Source: an uncultured Desulfarculus sp.
GTDB lineage: Bacteria; Desulfobacterota; Desulfarculia; Desulfarculales; Desulfarculaceae
DNA: 64,000 bases
Direction: 5' to 3'
Assembly (NCBI GenBank): GCA_963665125.2
Contig: CAXXUK010000001.1
Coordinates: 2,208,001 to 2,272,000 of the forward strand
The translations under genes and the position numbers were made by a program. Numbering within the stretch: position 1 is the first letter of the stretch; the number at the start of each line of letters is the position of its first letter. Shown in pieces: positions 59,054-64,000 of the stretch. Below the pieces are notes generated by a model. That model made no database searches and was not told where the DNA came from. It saw only the letters and a list, made by a program, of their open reading frames with translations.

Positions 59054-60235
59054 CTAGGCGTAAAAATCGGTGATGACCTGGACCACGCGCTGTTTTTGCT
59101 GATCGGTGAGTTCCGGGTAGATGGGAATGGCAATTACTTCTTCGGCGGCTTTTTCGGCCACAGGCAGATCGCCCTTGCGGCCGCCGAGCATTTCAAAGCA
59201 CTGCAAAAGGTGCATGGGAATGGGGTAATACACCGCGCACCCGATGCCCGATTTTTGCAGAGCCGTCAGTAGTTCGTCGCGCCGCTCGGCTCGCAGAACG
59301 AACTGATTGTAGATATGGCCCCGCCAGTTTTCCGGGTAGGCCTGGGTGGGCAGGCTTATTTTTTCCTTTTCCAGCAGGCCGCTCTGTTTGAACAGCCTTG
59401 TGTAGTCGGCGGCATTGCCGCGCCGGGCCTTTGACCAGTCGTCGAGATGGGGCAGCTTTGCGCTGATCACCTCTGCCTGGATGGCGTCCAAACGGAAATT
59501 GCCACCCACGAAAAGGTGGTTGTACTTTTCCTTGGGATGAGAGCCATGGGTGCGCATGGAACGCAGTCGGACGGCCAGTTCTTCGTTCCTGGTGGTGATC
59601 AGGCCTCCGTCGCCCGCGCCGCCCAGGTTTTTCGAGGGGAAGAAGCTGAAGCATCCCACATCGCCGATACCGCCGATCTTGGTGCTGTTGATCTGGCCCG
59701 GCATGCGGTAGGACGTGCCGATGGCCTGGGCCGCGTCCTCGATGACCAGCAGGTTGTGTTTCTTGGCCAATTCCATGATCGGGCCCATTGCCGCGGGCTG
59801 GCCGAACAGGTGCACCGGTACAATGGCCCTGGGCTTGACAGGCAGGTTGGAGGCCAACAGGCGCTCGATTTCCCGTGGATCGATATTATAGGTTTCCGGG
59901 TCTATGTCGGCGAATATGGGCCGCGCGCCCAAACGGACAATGGAGCCCACGGTGGCGAAAAAAGTGAACGGCGTGGTGATGACGCCGTCGCCGGGGCCGA
60001 TGCCCATGGCCATCATCGAAAGCAAGAGAGCATCGGTGCCCGAAGACACGCCCAGGGCATGTTCCACACCCAGATACCTGGCAAGTTGTGTCTCGGCCGA
60101 AAGCACCGATGGGCCCAAGATAAAGGCCTGACGTTCGAAAACGTTCTGCAGGCGGGGCATGATTTCGTCTTTTATGGTATCGAATTGGGCCTTGAGGTCC
60201 AACATGGGTACGAGGATCGGTTCAGAAGCGGACAT
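59054..60235 (-). CDS. DegT/DnrJ/EryC1/StrS aminotransferase
   Basis: SGTDAL, VHLFG, EDAAQAIG, SFFPSKNLG..GDGG. Confidence 0.93.
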   Translation of the reverse strand: MSASEPILVPMLDLKAQFDTIKDEIMPRLQNVFERQAFILGPSVLSAETQLARYLGVEHALGVSSGTDALLLSMMAMGIGPGDGVITTPFTFFATVGSIVRLGARPIFADIDPETYNIDPREIERLLASNLPVKPRAIVPVHLFGQPAAMGPIMELAKKHNLLVIEDAAQAIGTSYRMPGQINSTKIGGIGDVGCFSFFPSKNLGGAGDGGLITTRNEELAVRLRSMRTHGSHPKEKYNHLFVGGNFRLDAIQAEVISAKLPHLDDWSKARRGNAADYTRLFKQSGLLEKEKISLPTQAYPENWRGHIYNQFVLRAERRDELLTALQKSGIGCAVYYPIPMHLLQCFEMLGGRKGDLPVAEKAAEEVIAIPIYPELTDQQKQRVVQVITDFYA

Positions 60236-60365
60236 CAGGGAGTCTCCTTCCCGTTATATTTCATTTGATATTATTTTCTATTGCCCAATGGGCCGCTAAA
60301 GTCAAGAATAGTAATAAATAATCAACACCTTTAAGCCGCCGGGTCCGGCGTTTGGGAGCAATATC

Positions 60366-61115
60366 TTGCAAAAACTTATCAGGCAAGCCGCGGAAATTAT
60401 TTTCGCGGCCCAAAAAGTAGCCGCGCTTACCGGAGCGGGGATCAGCGTTGACAGCGGAATCCCGGCCTTCCGAGGTGCGCAGGGCCTGTGGGAAAAATAC
60501 GACCCCATGGATTACGCCAGCATTGAATCGCTGATGTCCGAGCCGGAACGCGTCTGGAAAATGCTTGTGGAACTCGACAAGGTGGTGGTCGGCGCCCAGC
60601 CCAACGACGCCCACTTGGCCATGGCCCGTCTGGAGGACATGGGCAAGCTCCATACCGTGGTCACCCAGAATATCGACGGCCTGCATCAGGCCGCGGGCAG
60701 CCACAAGGTTGTGGAGTTCCACGGCAGCAGCCGCCAGATGCGCTGTTTGTCCTGCCACAAGGCCATCGAGCGCGAAAACGTGACCCTGGAAACCCTGCCC
60801 CCCCGTTGCGATTGCGGCGGGCTGATCAAACCGGATGTGGTGTTCTTCGGCGAGCCAATTCCCCAACGCGAGGCCACCGAGGCCATGATGGCGGCCCAGA
60901 ATTGCCAGGCCATGTTGGTGGTGGGCACCAGTGCCGTGGTGGCCCCGGCCAGCATGCTGCCCGCCCTGGCCAAGCACCACGGCGCCACGATCATTGAAAT
61001 CAATACGGAGGCCACGGGACTCACCGGCTCGTTGGCCGATATCAGCATTTTGGGCAGCGCCAGCAGAATCATGCCCGCAATCGCCGAAGAAGTCGCCAAA
61101 TTGGCATTTAGCTAG
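60366..61115 (+). CDS. cobB: NAD-dependent deacylase (sirtuin)
   Basis: TGAGIS..SGIP.FRG, TQNIDGLH, HG, PDVVFFGE, GTS. Confidence 0.93.
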   Translation: MQKLIRQAAEIIFAAQKVAALTGAGISVDSGIPAFRGAQGLWEKYDPMDYASIESLMSEPERVWKMLVELDKVVVGAQPNDAHLAMARLEDMGKLHTVVTQNIDGLHQAAGSHKVVEFHGSSRQMRCLSCHKAIERENVTLETLPPRCDCGGLIKPDVVFFGEPIPQREATEAMMAAQNCQAMLVVGTSAVVAPASMLPALAKHHGATIIEINTEATGLTGSLADISILGSASRIMPAIAEEVAKLAFS

Positions 61116-61140
61116 CGAATCGCAAAACATTGGAGGGACC

Positions 61141-61680
61141 GTGGATCAGGCTGCGATTGAAAAATTAATTCAGGAGCGTGTCGAGCAGGAAGTGGAAAAA
61201 CGTCTGGCCACTCAGGAAGCCAGGGCCATGACGATCATCCTGACCAAGGGCACCATGGACATGGTCTACCCGGCCATGATCCTGGCCACCACGGGCGCCG
61301 CCATGGACCTGGACACCAGCGTGTTTTTCACGTTCTATGGTCTAAACGCCCTGAAAAAAAACAACATCGACAAGCTTCAGGTGGCGCCCATCGCCAATCC
61401 GGCCATGCCCGTACCCATGCCCAACATCATCGGCATGCTGCCGGGCATGACCGCCATGGCCACGGCAATGATGAAAAGCTGGATGAAGCGGGAAAACGTA
61501 GCCCCGCTGAGCGAGCTGTTGGAACTGGCCATCGACGCCGATGTCCGGCTCATCGGCTGCCAAATGACCATGGATGTCATGGGTGTCAAAAGGGAAGAGC
61601 TTATCGACGATATCGAGGTCGGCGGCGCGGCCATGTACATGTCCATCGCCGCCAAGGCCCAGATCAACCTGTTTATCTAA
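61141..61680 (+). CDS. DsrE/DsrF/DrsH-like (DsrE2-type) sulfur-relay protein
   Basis: GTG after ggaggg; FFTFYGL, GCQMTMDVMG, GGAAMY. Confidence 0.85.
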   Translation: MDQAAIEKLIQERVEQEVEKRLATQEARAMTIILTKGTMDMVYPAMILATTGAAMDLDTSVFFTFYGLNALKKNNIDKLQVAPIANPAMPVPMPNIIGMLPGMTAMATAMMKSWMKRENVAPLSELLELAIDADVRLIGCQMTMDVMGVKREELIDDIEVGGAAMYMSIAAKAQINLFI

Positions 61681-61742
61681 CGGGTTGTCCACGGTTCAAA
61701 TTCGGTCCGTTCCGGTCGACATGGCCGGGACGGATCCCCGTC

Positions 61743-62480
61743 TCACAGGCTTTCAAGGACCTTTTTGCGCATTTGAATGATCTCGTCGACCGCGCTCTTG
61801 TTGCGGCGGCAAACATCAACCACCATTTGCTCGGCCTTTCCCATGACCCTCGACGGTGTCAGAGGATTTGCCGGTTCGGCGGTCAACTCCAACTTTTCCG
61901 CGCTGAACGGCTTGAAGGACAGACGCATTGCCGCGGCCGATGTCTCGGCATGGGAAAAATTCACGCCCATAATCTTGCGGCGTTGCAGTTCCTGGGGGTC
62001 CAGAGAACGCATATAGGACGTCAGGGCGAGCATGTCGTGGTTGGTTTCGAAACGCTTTATGTCCGCGTTGACCTCATCCAGCAGGACAAGCAGATTGCGG
62101 TACTCCTCCCGCAAATTCTGGCAGTGGATCCACAAATCCGTATAAACGGCCTTTACCAGGTTTAAATACTTGCGGCAGCGGGTCATCCCGCCCACCCGTT
62201 TTAGCGGCAGGGGCGGCCGCAGATCGTGGTCTTGATAGTTCTCCGGCACCTTCAGCCCGGTGTAGCTGAAGAATTCTTCTGCTACTTCCGGCTCCAGCAG
62301 AAGCAGGGCCAACTGCCCCCTTTTGCCCACCGCGGCGGCAACCCCTCCGAGGAAGGAGCTGGCGTCCTCCTTGACGATATTGCACTCTTCTTCCAACACC
62401 CGGCGTTCGAGAAAATAGTTTTCCAACACCTCTTGCCGGACAGCTTGCTGAAGCGCAGAGACCAAATCATCGCCACTCAT
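61743..62480 (-). CDS. Hypothetical helical protein
   Basis: Long ORF with typical codon usage; EVLENYF.ERR; start uncertain. Confidence 0.6.
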   Translation of the reverse strand: MSGDDLVSALQQAVRQEVLENYFLERRVLEEECNIVKEDASSFLGGVAAAVGKRGQLALLLLEPEVAEEFFSYTGLKVPENYQDHDLRPPLPLKRVGGMTRCRKYLNLVKAVYTDLWIHCQNLREEYRNLLVLLDEVNADIKRFETNHDMLALTSYMRSLDPQELQRRKIMGVNFSHAETSAAAMRLSFKPFSAEKLELTAEPANPLTPSRVMGKAEQMVVDVCRRNKSAVDEIIQMRKKVLESL

Positions 62481-62552
62481 AGTACACCCCGCCCCGCTTG
62501 CCACTTGTGCAAATAAGAACTCTCTGTTAGCTTGCTCTTGGGAGGCATAGCA

Positions 62553-63407
62553 TTGCACAACATTTTAGTCACCTACAAAGCCCATACTCCGGAAGCATTG
62601 AACCAGGCCCGGCGTTTGCAGGGCTGGCTGGAAGGCCAGGGTAAAGCATGCCACTTGGTTGAAGCCGGTGGCGGCGAGCCGTCGGCAAAACCCAATCCGG
62701 GCGTGAATTTGCCCGTGCATTTTGACCTGGTCGTCGTCCTGGGCGGCGACGGAACAATGCTGGGGGTGGTGCGCCAGATGGCCCGGGATAATCTGACGGA
62801 CATACCCGTTTTGGGTGTCAACCTGGGCGGACTGGGTTTCATGACCGCTGTGTCCTCCGAAGAAATGATTCCGGCCATGGAACAGGTCTTGGCCGGCGAC
62901 TTCGAAGCTCCTCCGCGAATGATGCTGCGGGCCGAAGTCAAACGCCATAATCAAATTATAGTCGAATACACCGCCCTAAACGACCTGGTGATCAATAAAG
63001 ACGCCCTGGCCCGCATAATCGAGCTTCACCTTCAAGCCGGGCCCAGGCACGTAACGACCCTCAAGGCCGACGGACTCATTGTATCGACGCCCACCGGCTC
63101 CACGGCATACAACCTTTCGGCGGGAGGGCCCATCTGCCACCCCTCCCTGGACTGCATCCTCGTCACCCCCATATGTTCGTTCGCCCTGAGCAACCGGCCG
63201 CTGTTATTGGGGCCGCTCACCGAACTCCGGGTGACCATGGGCGAAAGGACCCATCAAACGACCTTGACCTGTGACGGCCAGGTGGGGTTGGAGCTGCAAA
63301 TCGGCGACGAAATCCACATCCTGCGCTCTTCGCAGACCATCCGCATCATTCAATCGCCTTTCAAGGACTATTTCGAGATCCTGCGCACAAAACTTCGCTG
63401 GGGCTAA
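62553..63407 (+). CDS. nadK: NAD(+) kinase
   Basis: GGDGT, GVNLGGLGF, LND, TPTGSTAYNLSAGGP. Confidence 0.95.
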   Translation: MHNILVTYKAHTPEALNQARRLQGWLEGQGKACHLVEAGGGEPSAKPNPGVNLPVHFDLVVVLGGDGTMLGVVRQMARDNLTDIPVLGVNLGGLGFMTAVSSEEMIPAMEQVLAGDFEAPPRMMLRAEVKRHNQIIVEYTALNDLVINKDALARIIELHLQAGPRHVTTLKADGLIVSTPTGSTAYNLSAGGPICHPSLDCILVTPICSFALSNRPLLLGPLTELRVTMGERTHQTTLTCDGQVGLELQIGDEIHILRSSQTIRIIQSPFKDYFEILRTKLRWG

Positions 63408-64000
63408 ACCTGGGAGGCCGCGTTGCCGCCGGCCAGGGGAACCCTGACCGTAAAGGTGCTGCCTTGGCCGGGCCGGCTGCTGAATTCTATAACACCGCCA
63501 TGGGCCTGGACTATTTTCTGCACGATGGCCAGGCCCAAGCCCGTACCCTTGCGCTTGGTGGTGAAAAACGGGTCGAATACGTGTTTGGCGTCGTCTTCGT
63601 TGATGCCGCAGCCCTGATCACTCACTATGATCAGTCCATCATGGTTGTCCCGTGCGGTGGAAACCCGCACCACGCTGCCCTGAGGCGAGGCCTGCACGGC
63701 GTTTTGCACCAGATTCAACAGCACCTGGGTCAGCAATCTGCGGTCCACCGGCACTTCCACCGGTGTTTCCGCCAGATCGGGCACCAGGCGCACATCGCTT
63801 TCCTCGGCCAACAGGCTGGCCAGGTCCAGCACTTCCCGAACGATCTCGCGCAGGGCGTGACGCTGGGGTTCAAGCTTCACCGGCCGGGAATATTCCAGCA
63901 CTTCCCGCAAAAGGTGCTCCATGTGGGCGACCTGATCCACGATGATGCGCAGTTTTTCACGATGGGGATTTTCCGGCTCAAGGTCGCGATAGATGCGCAT
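63404..64000 (-). CDS. Sensor histidine kinase, C-terminal part (truncated by the window)
   Basis: N box NLVQNA, D.G.G, FDPFFTTK, GTGLGL. Confidence 0.92.
   Translation of the reverse strand: MRIYRDLEPENPHREKLRIIVDQVAHMEHLLREVLEYSRPVKLEPQRHALREIVREVLDLASLLAEESDVRLVPDLAETPVEVPVDRRLLTQVLLNLVQNAVQASPQGSVVRVSTARDNHDGLIIVSDQGCGINEDDAKHVFDPFFTTKRKGTGLGLAIVQKIVQAHGGVIEFSSRPGQGSTFTVRVPLAGGNAASQV

Overview
A 64-kb, GC-rich bacterial chromosomal window. The gene content (many acyl-CoA and beta-oxidation enzymes, DsrE-like, Rrf2/4Fe-4S genes) suggests an anaerobic deltaproteobacterium/Desulfobacterota; this is inference. Housekeeping genes (topA, dprA, hemW, lolA, ftsK, plsC-like, ssb, cobB, nadK) frame a ~33-kb accessory interval lying between ftsK and lolA. 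The main candidate new system is a divergent 17-kb locus at 17.6-34.5 kb. One arm encodes an FHA-FHA-TM-FG-GAP/PQQ beta-propeller protein, a secreted pseudo-lipase/vWA protein, a PP2C phosphatase and a membrane Ser/Thr kinase with TPR and PEGA domains. The other arm encodes three Sec-exported proteins: a ~1317-aa protein with a nucleotidyltransferase-like motif and a hydrophobic helical block, a 1168-aa multi-Ig protein ending in the first ~2/3 of a vWA domain, and a separate 127-aa signal-peptide protein carrying the missing part of that domain (a naturally split vWA). Also notable are a PLP enzyme/GMC/ALDH/KDSR-like operon (possible long-chain amino-alcohol or sphingoid catabolism) and a secreted protein with a Q/N-rich prion-like repeat array. 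I saw no rRNA, tRNA, CRISPR array, integrase or transposase. All calls come from reading motifs by eye; no database searches were run.
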